This document shows, piece after piece, positions 31,155 to 41,664 of a DNA stretch of 64,000 bases. This stretch comes from Methanoregula sp. (GTDB taxonomy: Archaea > Halobacteriota > Methanomicrobia > Methanomicrobiales > Methanospirillaceae), in the NCBI GenBank assembly GCA_039698055.1, contig JBDKTL010000010.1:1-64000 (forward strand). Reading direction: 5' to 3'. The translations under genes were made by a program, and so were the position numbers. Positions within the stretch are counted from its first letter, which is position 1. Every line of letters starts with the position of its first letter. Under the pieces are notes generated by a model. That model was not told the origin of the DNA, made no database searches, and saw only the letters and a list, made by a program, of their open reading frames with translations.

Positions 31155-32027
31155 ATGTTCATCGGGATTGATCACGGCACGACCGCAATGCGGTTCGCCG
31201 GAGAAACCGGGCACTTTAAAATCACGCGCGAAGAGGCCACAACTTTTGCGATCACGGACCTTACGCAGATCTGTCCGCTTGAACAGGTCAACGGAATTGC
31301 GCTGTGCTATTCGATGGGCGATAACTTTTCTGCGATTACGGATATCCATAAAGTGAAAAACCGGGGCGTGGTCAGTCGCGACGGCGCTGGCAAACACATC
31401 GGAGGTGGCACGCATGTTTTTGATGAGGTGGCAAAAAGCGGCATCCCGGCGGTCGCCATGCCGGGACTGCACCGGGGCTCGCCGACCGATCCCCGTTTCA
31501 AGGCATATTCCCACCAGACCAGCCCGGAAAAGATCGGCATTGCCTACGAAGTATGCCACGATCTCGGTGACGATATTATCGTGTCGGACGTAAGTTCCAA
31601 CACCGTCTCGCTCCTTGTCACTGCCGGGAAAATCATCGGCGCATTCGATGCCTGCATTTTCGCGCCCGGCACACGGCATGGCGCCCTTGACGTGGATGCA
31701 ATCCGCCGCATCGATGCCGGTGAATGCACCGCAAACGAAGCGTTCCAGCAGGCCGGGGTGAACTTCAGCCAGCCGGAGAACGAACGGATGCGCACGGTTG
31801 CCATGTTCTCGGCGATGGAATGCGCCGCGCTTCTCCTGTTAAACCCCCGGGCAAAAGTAGCGCTTGCCGGTTCGCTTGCGCCCGCCATTGCACCCGAAGT
31901 TGAGCAGCTGCTTGGCTCTGAAGTGGCGGTGTACGACGAGTGGTGTGCTTCCGAGGGGCTGGCACGGATTGCCCGGGACGTGTTTACCGGCACCACCGAT
32001 ATCATCGGCATCGGCGTCGATGTGTAA
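31155..32027 (+). CDS. Methanogenesis marker 12 protein (ASKHA fold)
   Basis: MFIGIDHGTTAMRF, YSMGD, IGGGT, YSHQTSPEK, DVSSNTV. Confidence 0.88.
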   Translation: MFIGIDHGTTAMRFAGETGHFKITREEATTFAITDLTQICPLEQVNGIALCYSMGDNFSAITDIHKVKNRGVVSRDGAGKHIGGGTHVFDEVAKSGIPAVAMPGLHRGSPTDPRFKAYSHQTSPEKIGIAYEVCHDLGDDIIVSDVSSNTVSLLVTAGKIIGAFDACIFAPGTRHGALDVDAIRRIDAGECTANEAFQQAGVNFSQPENERMRTVAMFSAMECAALLLLNPRAKVALAGSLAPAIAPEVEQLLGSEVAVYDEWCASEGLARIARDVFTGTTDIIGIGVDV

Positions 32028-32165
32028 GGATAACGGGAAAAGGGGTTTTGTCACAATCGTGGCAGGTATCCATGAGTCTGCCTCGTAAAATGAACCAATT
32101 AAATATGCAAAAGGTTCTTCGCTGTTTTAAAAATGTAAGATAGGTTGCAAAATTTTTCTATTGAT

Positions 32166-32273
32166 GCTCCCCCGCCTCAGGGCCTCTCCGAGGCACGGCG
32201 GGGCAAATAAGTTTTTTTAAGATTTTTGTTAGTCACTAATCCGCCGCGGGGGCGTCCCTTCGGGGGCGGCGGC
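32166..32273. repeat. Two GC-rich intergenic hairpins (REP-like)
   Basis: ccccgcc..gcctc-tcc-gaggc..ggcgggg and ccgccgc..gtccc-TTCG-ggggc-ggcgg in AT-rich surroundings. Confidence 0.45.
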
Positions 32274-32542
32274 GTTCATCGTATTTTTCAGGTATTGGAG
32301 ATTAAATTGCCGTCTTTATAATTTTCTCATTCGTTCACAACCGATTCAAAACAGCAATAAGCCATAAAAAATTCATCGCGTTAAATCCACGCTAGAACTT
32401 TTTTGAGGTTTAATAAAATTGATCGAATCAACATTATTAATAGTGATGAATCCCAATCTTTAGACGGAAAAATTGAGGGTAGTGTAAGAGGACAACACAC
32501 GAAAACAGGGTGTGTCATGCAGACAAATCAGGGGATTTTTCT

Positions 32543-33085
32543 TTGAGAGAACTACGTATCCACGGCAGGGGTGGTCAGGGATCGGTTACCGCTGCGGAAT
32601 TAATTGCTGTTGCTGCATTTGAAGGCGGCGTCTTTTCACAGGCGTTTCCGGCGTTTGGCGTTGAGCGGCGCGGCGCCCCGGTCCAGGCATTCGTGCGGTT
32701 CGATGACAAAAAGATCCGGCTCCGCAGCCAGGTCTACGAACCGGATTACATCATCGTCCAGGACAGCACGCTCATCAAGGACGTGAACGTCTTTATGGGA
32801 GTCAGGCAGGGGGGAATTGTAATCGTCAATACAGAAAAGGCCCTCGATTACAAGGTTCCCGAAGGGGTCAAAGTGATTACCATCGACGCGACATCCATCG
32901 CACTCAGGGTTATCGGCCTGCCGATCACGAACACGTCGCTCATGGGAGCATTTGCCGCAGCGACCGGGGAAATAAAATTCTCGGCGCTCGAAAATGCACT
33001 CCGTCACCGGTTCCCAAAAGAACTGGCAGAAAAGAACATCCTTGCGGCGCGCCAGGCATTTGACGCGGTCAAGGGGGCGGCATAA
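32543..33085 (+). CDS. porG: Pyruvate:ferredoxin oxidoreductase gamma subunit
   Basis: RIHGRGGQG, FGVERRGAPV; TTG start. Confidence 0.93.
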   Translation: MRELRIHGRGGQGSVTAAELIAVAAFEGGVFSQAFPAFGVERRGAPVQAFVRFDDKKIRLRSQVYEPDYIIVQDSTLIKDVNVFMGVRQGGIVIVNTEKALDYKVPEGVKVITIDATSIALRVIGLPITNTSLMGAFAAATGEIKFSALENALRHRFPKELAEKNILAARQAFDAVKGAA

Positions 33086-33345
33086 TGGCGCTTGCTGTCG
33101 GGTGCCGGGCCCGCCCGGGCAAAGCCCGGGACAACAAAACCGGTTCATGGCGGGTGTTCAAACCCCTCTTTGACAATGACAAATGTTCAAAGTGCGGGAC
33201 CTGCAAAACGATCTGCCCGGAGGGGTGCATCAGTGAGAATGCCGAGGGATTTTTCGATCCCGATTACGCGTACTGCAAGGGATGCGGCCTGTGCGCAGAA
33301 GAGTGCCCAAAAGAAGCCATCACCATGAAACAGGAGGAGAAATAA
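33085..33345 (+). CDS. porD: Pyruvate:ferredoxin oxidoreductase delta subunit
   Basis: KTGSWR, two ferredoxin motifs including YCKGCGLCAEECP. Confidence 0.93.
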   Translation: MALAVGCRARPGKARDNKTGSWRVFKPLFDNDKCSKCGTCKTICPEGCISENAEGFFDPDYAYCKGCGLCAEECPKEAITMKQEEK

Positions 33346-34500
33346 ATGCTCAAAATTACCGAAGGTTCGTTTGCGGTTGCCGACGCAGTCCGGCTCTGCC
33401 GTCCCCAGGTGGTTGCCGCTTACCCGATTACCCCCCAGACCCATATTGTCGAAGCACTGGCAGACATGGTGGCTAACGCCACGCTCGATGCAGATTACAT
33501 AACGGTTGAAAGCGAGTTCTCCGCCCTGTCGGCCTGCCTTGGGGCAAGTGCCGCAGGTTCCCGGACGTATTCCGCAACCACCTCACAGGGTCTTGCCCTC
33601 ATGTTTGAAGTCTGTTTCAACGTCGCCGGTATGCGCCTGCCCATCGTGATGACAATAGCAAACCGTGCCCTTGGCGCACCGCTCTCCATCTGGAACGACC
33701 AGCAGGACTCCATCTCGCTTCGCGACTCCGGCTGGCTCCAGTTCTATGCCGAGGACAACCAGGAAGCAACCGATCTCCACTATATCGCCTACCGGGTGGC
33801 AGAAGACCCGGCGGTGCTCCTCCCGGCATTTGTCTGCTTTGACGGGTTTATCCTCTCCCATACTTACGAACCCATCGAGATGCTGACGCAGGAAGACGCA
33901 GACAAGTACCTGCCGAAGTTTGCGCCAGAAGACCGGCTCGATGCAAAGGACCCCATCAGTTTTGGGATGTATGCAACGCCGGAATATTATCTTGAATTCC
34001 GGTACGAGAACGACAAAGCCCTCAAGGATGCAAGGACTGCAATCCAGAAAGCCGGCAAAGAGTTTGGGAAAATGTTTGGCAGGGATTACAGCGCGATGGT
34101 CGAAGGCTACCAGATGGAAGATGCAGAAACCGTGATTGTCGCGATGGGGTCAATCTGCGGTACCGTCAAAGACACCATCGATGACATGCGGGCTGAAGGC
34201 AAAAAGGTCGGGCTCCTCAAAATCCGCGTGTTCCGCCCGTTCCCGACAGAGGACGTGGCAAAGGCACTCTCGAAAGCACAACGGGTTGCCGTCCTTGACA
34301 AGAACATCTCCCTTGGTGCAAAAGGCGCCGTTGCCCTCGAAATAAAGGACGCACTGTACGGTTCATCCATTCCTGTCTACGACTATATCATCGCTCTCGG
34401 CGGCAGGGATGTCCGCAAAAAGGATATCCGGGAAGTTGTCGCGCTCGCGGAGAAAGGAAAAGGCGACCTGTTCTATGGCCTGCGCACGGAGGTGCTCTGA
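33346..34500 (+). CDS. porA: Pyruvate:ferredoxin oxidoreductase alpha subunit
   Basis: [35 protein letters not shown]. Confidence 0.95.
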   Translation: MLKITEGSFAVADAVRLCRPQVVAAYPITPQTHIVEALADMVANATLDADYITVESEFSALSACLGASAAGSRTYSATTSQGLALMFEVCFNVAGMRLPIVMTIANRALGAPLSIWNDQQDSISLRDSGWLQFYAEDNQEATDLHYIAYRVAEDPAVLLPAFVCFDGFILSHTYEPIEMLTQEDADKYLPKFAPEDRLDAKDPISFGMYATPEYYLEFRYENDKALKDARTAIQKAGKEFGKMFGRDYSAMVEGYQMEDAETVIVAMGSICGTVKDTIDDMRAEGKKVGLLKIRVFRPFPTEDVAKALSKAQRVAVLDKNISLGAKGAVALEIKDALYGSSIPVYDYIIALGGRDVRKKDIREVVALAEKGKGDLFYGLRTEVL

Positions 34501-34502
34501 AA

Positions 34503-35399
34503 ATGGCTGACAAAAACTGCGAACTCTTTGATTGCGGGCACCGGGCATGCGGGGGATGCGGAGCGGCACTTGCAGCACGGCTGGTGTTGAAGGGAGCCGG
34601 AGAGAACTGCATTGTCGTCTCATCGACCGGCTGTATGGAAGTATTTTCCACACCGTACCCGGAGACGGCATGGAAAGTCCCGTGGATTCACTCGCTCTTT
34701 GAAAATGCCTCGGCCGTTGCTTCCGGCATTGAAGCATCGCTCAAAAAACAGGGGCGCACCGAGAAAGTCATTGTGATGGCCGGCGACGGCGCGACCTTTG
34801 ATATCGGCATGCTCTGTATCAGCGGGGCGTTCGAGCGCGGACACGATTTCACGTATATCTGCTACGATAACGAGGCCTACATGAACACCGGCATCCAGCG
34901 CTCCGGTGCAACACCCTACGACGCGAGCACAACCACAAGCCCGGCAGGGTCACATTCCTTTGGCAACAAGCGCCCGAAAAAGGATATGCCCATGATCCTC
35001 GCGGCGCACGGCGCACCCTACGTTGCAACCGCGTCCATCGCGTACCCGTCCGACCTTATGCAGAAAGTGGAAAAAGCGATCAACACCCCCGGTCCCAGTT
35101 ATATCCAGCTGCATGTTCCCTGCTGCACCGGCTGGGGATTTGAAGGCGACCAGACCATGGCAATTGCAAAACTTGCCATCGATACCGGTCTCTGGGTCAA
35201 CTACGAGATGATGAACGGAACCGTCACCAAGGTAAAAAAGGTTGTCAGGAAACCCGTCGAGGACTATCTCAAGGCGCAGAAAAGGTTCCGCCACCTGTTC
35301 AAGCCAAAAAGACAGGACGCCGAGATCGCCCTTATCCAGTCCATCGCAGACCGGAATGCAGAAAAATTCGGCATCGATATCAAACTCAAAAAAGAATAA
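34503..35399 (+). CDS. porB: Pyruvate:ferredoxin oxidoreductase beta subunit
   Basis: [12 protein letters not shown]...[17 protein letters not shown]-binding motif. Confidence 0.95.
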   Translation: MADKNCELFDCGHRACGGCGAALAARLVLKGAGENCIVVSSTGCMEVFSTPYPETAWKVPWIHSLFENASAVASGIEASLKKQGRTEKVIVMAGDGATFDIGMLCISGAFERGHDFTYICYDNEAYMNTGIQRSGATPYDASTTTSPAGSHSFGNKRPKKDMPMILAAHGAPYVATASIAYPSDLMQKVEKAINTPGPSYIQLHVPCCTGWGFEGDQTMAIAKLAIDTGLWVNYEMMNGTVTKVKKVVRKPVEDYLKAQKRFRHLFKPKRQDAEIALIQSIADRNAEKFGIDIKLKKE

Positions 35400-35500
35400 C
35401 CCCTATTTTTAATCGGCGATTTTTATAATTCTCGCCGACCATACGCTAAAATATGCCTTAAATCCCCATTATCTAAAGACCAGACTATCATGCGAGATGA

Positions 35501-38500
35501 ATGGCAGTGAAAACCGGAAGGGGAAGGCTGTTGCAGGCACCAATCCTGACGGTGAGATCGCACCGGTTCCTGTTCTGCATCCTTCTCATTCTTGTTGCCA
35601 TGCTGGCGGCGAGTGTTCCTGCCAGCGCACAGGGATCCCGGCATGAAGTCCTGTACATCAATTCCTATCACGAGGGCCTTGACTGGTCGGACCCCATCAC
35701 CCGGGCAATCGAGGACCGGTTCACCGGTTCCGGGCTCGACATCAACCTGCACGTCGAGTTCATGGACAGCAAACGGTACAGCGACGAAAATTACAAGAAG
35801 ATACTCTTTGACCTCTACAAAGACAAATACGCGAACAAAAAATTCGATGTCATTCTCTGTTCCGACGATGACGCGCTGGACTTCCTGCTCCAGTACGGGG
35901 ACCAGCTCTTTCCCGGGACGCCCATTATTTTTTCCGGCGTTAATTATTATACGGTCAACCGGCTCGAAGGGCACGCCAATATCACCGGGGTCGCTGAGCA
36001 CTACGATGTCCGCAGCACGCTGGACACGGCTCTTCTGCTCCACCCGGGCACCAGCCATGTATTCATCATCAACGATCTGACCACGGCAGGCCGTGCGAAT
36101 AAACAAAATATCGATACGATCATCCCAAAATATCCCCGCACCATCACATTTACGTACCTCGGGAATTATTCGATGCCGGAACTGGAGGAAACGGTTGGTT
36201 CGCTGCCCGACCACAGCATCATCCTCCTTATGACGTTCAACCGGGACCGGCTCGGCAGCGATTACTCGTATACGGACAGCATCCGGCTGATCCGTGGACA
36301 TACGACGGTTCCCATCTACGGCATCTGGGAAACGTACCTCGGGCAGGGGATCGTCGGGGGGATGCTCACCGGAAGTTACGAACAGGGAAATATTTCCGCA
36401 GGGATGGCCCTTCGCGTCCTCAACGGCGAGAACGTAAACGCCATCCCGGTCTTTACCGACCCGAAAAACCGGTATATGTTTGATGCACAGGAACTCAGGC
36501 GGTTCAACATTAACCCCGAGGATCTGCCAGAAGGCAGTATCATCATAAACCAGCCGCAGAACATCAGGCTGGTGCCCGAGAGCGAACTCTGGGTGATATT
36601 TATGGGGATTTCCGGCCTGATCGTCGGTATTGCCATCATGATCATTGCACTCCTGCGCATCCGCCGGACACGCGATGCACTGGATGCCAGCGAAAAAAGG
36701 TACCGCGCGGTTGTCGAAGACCAGACCGAACTCATCTCGCGGTTCCTCCCCGACGGCACGCACCTGTTTGCCAACGATGCGTATTGCCGGTTCTATCATA
36801 AAACCCGGGAGAGTATTATCGGCAAGAAGTTCTTCCCGCAAATACCGGACGAGGAAAAAATGCTCGTCCACAAACACTTACAATCCCTTACCCCGGAGAA
36901 CCCGATCCGCAGCATGACCAACCGCATCTGGCTGTCCAACGGGGAGAGCCGGTGGCTGTTCTGGAACAACCGGGCAATCTTTGACAAGGACGGAAACGTT
37001 GTCGAGTACCAGTCGGTCGGGCGCGATATTACTGACGTCAGGCTTGCAGAAGACAAGGTCCGGCAGTACAGTGAAAACCTTGAGTCTCTTATCGACCAGA
37101 GGACGCAGGAACTGGTGAACTCGAACGCCAAGCTCCAGCAGGAGGTGGCCGAACGGACCCTCACCGAGAACCTTCTGGCAACGGAAAAAGAACAGCTTGC
37201 CGTTACCCTCAAGTCAATCGGAGACGGCGTCATCACTACCGACACCGACGGGCAGGTGGTGCTGGTCAACCAGATCGCCGAACGTATCACCGGCTGGAAA
37301 CAGTCCGACGCGGAAAAACAGCCCCTCCAGAAAATACTGCCGCTCTATGACATTAAAGACAAAAAACCGCTGGCGACTCCCACCGACCGGATCATCCAGC
37401 ACCCGGAGATGCCCGATCTCCTGCACCGGGTCCTCCTGATAACCTCGGACGGCACCGAACGGATTCTTGAAGAGAGCGCGTCGGTCATCCGCGACAAGAA
37501 GAGTTCGATCATCGGGGTCGTCGTCGTATTCAGGGACATCACCGACCGCCAGAAGTTCGAGACCGAGATGCAGCGGACGCAGAAACTGGAGTCACTGGGA
37601 CTTCTTGCTGGCGGCATTGCCCACGATTTCAACAATATCCTGACGGCGATTTTTGGCAATATTATTCTTGCGAAGATGGAAGTCGACCATGAATCTCCCG
37701 GTTATAAGCGCCTTATCGAGGCGGAGAATGCCATGGTCCGGGCAAAAGAGCTGACCCAGCAGCTGCTGACCTTCTCCAAAGGCGGAGCGCCGGTCAAGGA
37801 AACGGCGGATATTTCCAACCTCATCATCGATTCCACGCAGTTCATGATGAGCGGTTCGCAGTCCCGGTGCGAATTCGATATTGCTCCCGAACTCTGGCCG
37901 ACCGACGTGGATACCGGGCAGATCAGCCAGGTGATCAACAATATCGTCATCAACGCCAACCATGCAATGCCCCATGGCGGGGTGCTCCACGTATCGGCGG
38001 CAAACGTAATCCTGACACCGGTGTCTGCCCTGCCACTGCCGACGGGACGGTACGTGAAGATCATGATACGCGACGAGGGAACAGGCATATCCAAGGAAAA
38101 CCTCGCACGGATTTTCGATCCCTATTATACGACAAAGAAGCAGGGCAGCGGCCTTGGGCTGTCCTCGGCATCCTCGATCATCCGCAAACACAACGGGTAT
38201 ATTGACGTGGAGTCGGAGATTGGCAAAGGGACCACCTTCTCCCTTTACCTCCCGGCTTCGGACAAAACGCTTGAACCGGTAGCGAAACTGGAAGCGTCGC
38301 CAAAAACCGGGTCCGGCTATATCCTGGTGATGGACGATGAAGAGGCGATACGGGATGTGGCGAGCCGGCTGCTCGAGCACATGGGATACCGGGTCGAAGT
38401 TGCCGGGTCCGGGGAAGATGCCATCGAGCTCTACCGGCAGGCGCTCGATGAAGGAGATCCTCTCGATGTGGTCATCATGGACCTGACAATTCCCGGCGGC

Positions 38501-38710
38501 ATGGGAGGCAAGGAAGCGATCGCGAAACTCAAGGAGATCGACAAAAACGTCAAGGTGATCGTCTCCAGCGGGTATTCAAACGATCCCATCATGGCAAACT
38601 TCCAGGATTACGGGTTTGTCGGCGTCCTCACCAAACCCTATTCCCGTAAAGAGATGGCAGCCGCGATTGAACGTGCGCTCCAGCACGATCCGGACCCTCA
38701 GGAGGATTAG
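35501..38710 (+). CDS. Hybrid sensor histidine kinase (extracellular binding domain, TM, 2 PAS, HisKA, HATPase, receiver)
   Basis: INSYH sensor start, GGIAHDFNNIL H-box, DEGTGI, GSGLGLS, VMDDE and MDLTIPGG receiver motifs. Confidence 0.92.
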   Translation: MAVKTGRGRLLQAPILTVRSHRFLFCILLILVAMLAASVPASAQGSRHEVLYINSYHEGLDWSDPITRAIEDRFTGSGLDINLHVEFMDSKRYSDENYKKILFDLYKDKYANKKFDVILCSDDDALDFLLQYGDQLFPGTPIIFSGVNYYTVNRLEGHANITGVAEHYDVRSTLDTALLLHPGTSHVFIINDLTTAGRANKQNIDTIIPKYPRTITFTYLGNYSMPELEETVGSLPDHSIILLMTFNRDRLGSDYSYTDSIRLIRGHTTVPIYGIWETYLGQGIVGGMLTGSYEQGNISAGMALRVLNGENVNAIPVFTDPKNRYMFDAQELRRFNINPEDLPEGSIIINQPQNIRLVPESELWVIFMGISGLIVGIAIMIIALLRIRRTRDALDASEKRYRAVVEDQTELISRFLPDGTHLFANDAYCRFYHKTRESIIGKKFFPQIPDEEKMLVHKHLQSLTPENPIRSMTNRIWLSNGESRWLFWNNRAIFDKDGNVVEYQSVGRDITDVRLAEDKVRQYSENLESLIDQRTQELVNSNAKLQQEVAERTLTENLLATEKEQLAVTLKSIGDGVITTDTDGQVVLVNQIAERITGWKQSDAEKQPLQKILPLYDIKDKKPLATPTDRIIQHPEMPDLLHRVLLITSDGTERILEESASVIRDKKSSIIGVVVVFRDITDRQKFETEMQRTQKLESLGLLAGGIAHDFNNILTAIFGNIILAKMEVDHESPGYKRLIEAENAMVRAKELTQQLLTFSKGGAPVKETADISNLIIDSTQFMMSGSQSRCEFDIAPELWPTDVDTGQISQVINNIVINANHAMPHGGVLHVSAANVILTPVSALPLPTGRYVKIMIRDEGTGISKENLARIFDPYYTTKKQGSGLGLSSASSIIRKHNGYIDVESEIGKGTTFSLYLPASDKTLEPVAKLEASPKTGSGYILVMDDEEAIRDVASRLLEHMGYRVEVAGSGEDAIELYRQALDEGDPLDVVIMDLTIPGGMGGKEAIAKLKEIDKNVKVIVSSGYSNDPIMANFQDYGFVGVLTKPYSRKEMAAAIERALQHDPDPQED

Positions 38711-38825
38711 CCCCGGTCACCGATTTTATGGGTCGGCGGGAATGCCGGCACATGCACGGTATCATTTTGCCGGGAAACGTGCCACGACAATTTTAATAGG
38801 TTCCAGTCTGACATTAGTAGGCTAC

Positions 38826-38899
38826 GGGCTCGTGGTCTAGTCGGTTATGACGTCGCCCTTACACGGCGGAGGTCGCCGGTTCGAATCCGGCCGGGCCCA
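38826..38899 (+). tRNA. tRNA-Val (anticodon TAC)
   Basis: Acceptor stem GGGCTCG/CGGGCCC, anticodon loop CT-TAC-AC, GGTTCGAATCC T-arm; TTTTAATA box at 38791. Confidence 0.96.
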
Positions 38900-39528
38900 T
38901 GTTTTGATTTTTTATTTTTTTTTTTTAAAGGGAGTTGTCATTATTTTTTATAATTCACTTAAAAAAATTCATGATTTTTTTACTGGTGAAAATTAAAAAA
39001 AACCAAAAAAGATAAAATCGAGCATATCAGGGTTATAATTTCCGTACACAAAAAAGATCCACCAGGTTTTTTTATACCTTTCCTTACCACGCTCAAAAGA
39101 GCATGAGTCGCGGCACACAATAAAAACTGTAAAATATCAAAGGATTTAACCAGACACCAGCCAAACAATAAATTATCGAGTGATTAATGACCTACAAAAC
39201 TCTTAAGGATTGCATGACCTGTCCGTATTTAATCAATTGCGATGCGCACGTTTCCGGAGGAACTCACAGGCACGAAGATGAGCCGGATCCTTGTGAATTG
39301 GATTTAAAGTCATCATCAAAGAGTGAGTGATTAAAAAAAATTTCTTTTTTATTTTTTTCACCGTCACCAGTGTGGTAATAAAAAAACATTTTTACCGTTT
39401 CCAATAAAAAAAGAGTTTTCTTTGAAAAGAGAGTATCACTGCTGGTTTTCAGGAGAATGATACTACAGACCCCATAAGGGGAATAATTTTTCATGTAAAA
39501 ACACATGAAAAAAAGTGGCGGGTTTCAT

Positions 39529-40263
39529 TTACCGTTGTCTCACAACAGACTGATCGGTCGTGATCTTGGTAGATTTGAGAATTTCGTAGACTTCAGGGAA
39601 ATTGAGAGTTGGATTATTAATTGTCACAATATAGAACGTCCCGTCGACTGCGACAAAATGGTACCATCGCTCTATCGTTTTTGATTTAAATTCAAGATTG
39701 TAATCTTTACAAACAGCCTTGGAAAGGGAGCATTCATCAATACCCTTTAATCCCGTTTGCGTAGTCTGGGTGATCGTGACTTCCCCATACGTGGTTAAAA
39801 CTGCCGCTGATGCCACATTGAAATAATGTTCATTATCCGACACAGGTTGTGGATCAACGTCAATGCTTATGGTCGTGTAGGGATGGCCGTCCGGATCTAA
39901 TTCTGGGCTGAGCACACCGGGTGCAACGGGAGAGAAGAAATTTGCAATATTAATTGTGGTACGCCCATAATCTCTCATTGCTGTTACTTGGGGCTGTTCC
40001 AAATTCCAGCCGCTGGGATAGGAAAGGGTGACGTCGTTACTAAGACTTACCGCAGTCATCGCCGGCTGACTCGTTGTTGTCGTTGCAGCAGGAACGGGAG
40101 TCTGGATAACGGTCTGTTCTGTCATGACGGGTGCTGGAACGGTTGTTTGTTGGGGGGGAGTCGCGGGTGTTGCCGGTGACGTACACCCTGCAATAATCAC
40201 CGCACCTACAAGAACCAGGACGATACTCACCGTTCCCATAAAAAAATTACTTCGCATATTCAT
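39529..40263 (-). CDS. Putative lipoprotein
   Basis: IIAGC lipobox, Thr/Pro-rich linker, globular C-domain. Confidence 0.75.
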   Translation of the reverse strand: MNMRSNFFMGTVSIVLVLVGAVIIAGCTSPATPATPPQQTTVPAPVMTEQTVIQTPVPAATTTTSQPAMTAVSLSNDVTLSYPSGWNLEQPQVTAMRDYGRTTINIANFFSPVAPGVLSPELDPDGHPYTTISIDVDPQPVSDNEHYFNVASAAVLTTYGEVTITQTTQTGLKGIDECSLSKAVCKDYNLEFKSKTIERWYHFVAVDGTFYIVTINNPTLNFPEVYEILKSTKITTDQSVVRQR

Positions 40264-40457
40264 TACAATCCCAGAGCAGAAAATGATTTTATCGGTTTAA
40301 TAAAATTCCGATTTAATTTTTTTTAATATATTCTTGCAAGGCGTATACCGGGAAAATGTTAAACAAAGAACTATCTCCGCTAAGAGGACTCCGGGCTTTG
40401 TATTCTCCACCAACACCTTTAAGGGAAAATACGTCGACTGATTCGGGGGTAATACCA

Positions 40458-40817
40458 ATGACGGATGAAATTATTATGGTAAGTACGCCGTATCTTCCCG
40501 GCTATAAGATCGCAAAAACCATCGGGTTTACCTGGGGGCTCATCGTGAGAAGCCGGGGGCTTGGCAGGAACATAACCGCCGGCCTCCGGTCTCTTGCCGG
40601 TGGAGAGATCCACGAATATACCGAACTATTGAACCAGTCGCGTGAACAGGCGCTGGGCCGGCTTAAGGATCATGCAAAAGAGCTGGGTGCAAATGCGGTC
40701 ATCGGCGTACAGTTCGATTCATCAGATATTGGCTACATGACCGAACTGCTCGCGTACGGAACGGCAGTTGTTGTTGAAAAAGAGAGCGAGAAAACAAGCC
40801 CGGTCAGGCTCGGGTAA
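40458..40817 (+). CDS. YbjQ/UPF0145 family protein
   Basis: GLRSLAGGEIHEYTELL..SREQA...GANAVIG...AYGTAV. Confidence 0.9.
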   Translation: MTDEIIMVSTPYLPGYKIAKTIGFTWGLIVRSRGLGRNITAGLRSLAGGEIHEYTELLNQSREQALGRLKDHAKELGANAVIGVQFDSSDIGYMTELLAYGTAVVVEKESEKTSPVRLG

Positions 40818-40988
40818 AAATCGCTTTTTTTGGTTCTTTCTTTTTTTAGTTGTCGATACCTGCGATACTTCAAAAAATTCTGATACGCTGACAGTTGATC
40901 TCGTATTTTTATTTTTAATTCCCTGTTCATCTACCAACGTACCAAAATCCAATATTTCATTATTAAAGGTGTGCTAAAAAAAAGATTC

Positions 40989-41555
40989 TTATTTTCTCGT
41001 AAACGAGACCAGCTTGATCGTATAGGTAAGGTTCTCTCCTGCCAGCGCATGGTTCTCATCCACGGTCACGGATGACTCCGTGATATTGATCACCTTGAAA
41101 ACGGTTGTCGCGCCATCGGACGCCCTGCTCGAAGTATAGGTCCCGCCCGGCACCAGCGACAGGTTGGCAGGGAAGAGCGATCGATCCACGACATGGATAA
41201 GCGAAGGCTGGTAAAGGCCGTAGGCTTTTTCAGCGGGAATATGAATGGTTTTTGTCTCGTTTGCACCCATACCAACAACAGCGGCCTCAAAACCCGGGAG
41301 GACCTTGCCCTCCCCGATGTTAAAAACAATCGGGGTCCCGTTCACATTTGAACCAAAAACCGTACCATTGTCAAGCATCCCGGTATAATAGACCGTAACC
41401 TGATCGCCGGCCCGGGCCACAAACGGGTTGAACAGGATAAACAAGATAATCGCAGCAACAATCACAATTGCCCCGGCAACAATACCCACAGTCCGGTACT
41501 GCCGCTTGCGGATGGCAACCTTCTCTTTTCCCTTGACCTTTTCCGATTTCTTCAT
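40989..41555 (-). CDS. FKBP-type peptidyl-prolyl isomerase (SlyD-like) with N-terminal TM anchor
   Basis: YTGMLDNGTVF, IPAEKAYG, VDENHALAG. Confidence 0.88.
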   Translation of the reverse strand: MKKSEKVKGKEKVAIRKRQYRTVGIVAGAIVIVAAIILFILFNPFVARAGDQVTVYYTGMLDNGTVFGSNVNGTPIVFNIGEGKVLPGFEAAVVGMGANETKTIHIPAEKAYGLYQPSLIHVVDRSLFPANLSLVPGGTYTSSRASDGATTVFKVINITESSVTVDENHALAGENLTYTIKLVSFTRK

Positions 41556-41664
41556 GATGTTCTTTAATTAGATATTCCGGTAAACCATATACAGTTGGTC
41601 ATAAAGAACTCACGAGTACCCCGCCCGGGAATTTTACAATAAAAAAAACGGTTTTGTGGACATC

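Noticed and set aside
35423-36877. 484-aa antisense ORF
   Set aside because: Shadow of the hybrid kinase on the opposite strand; no recognisable motifs.
38826-39528. tRNA-Val as an integration site
   Set aside because: Downstream DNA is AT-rich, but I found no duplicated tRNA 3' end or integrase in the window.
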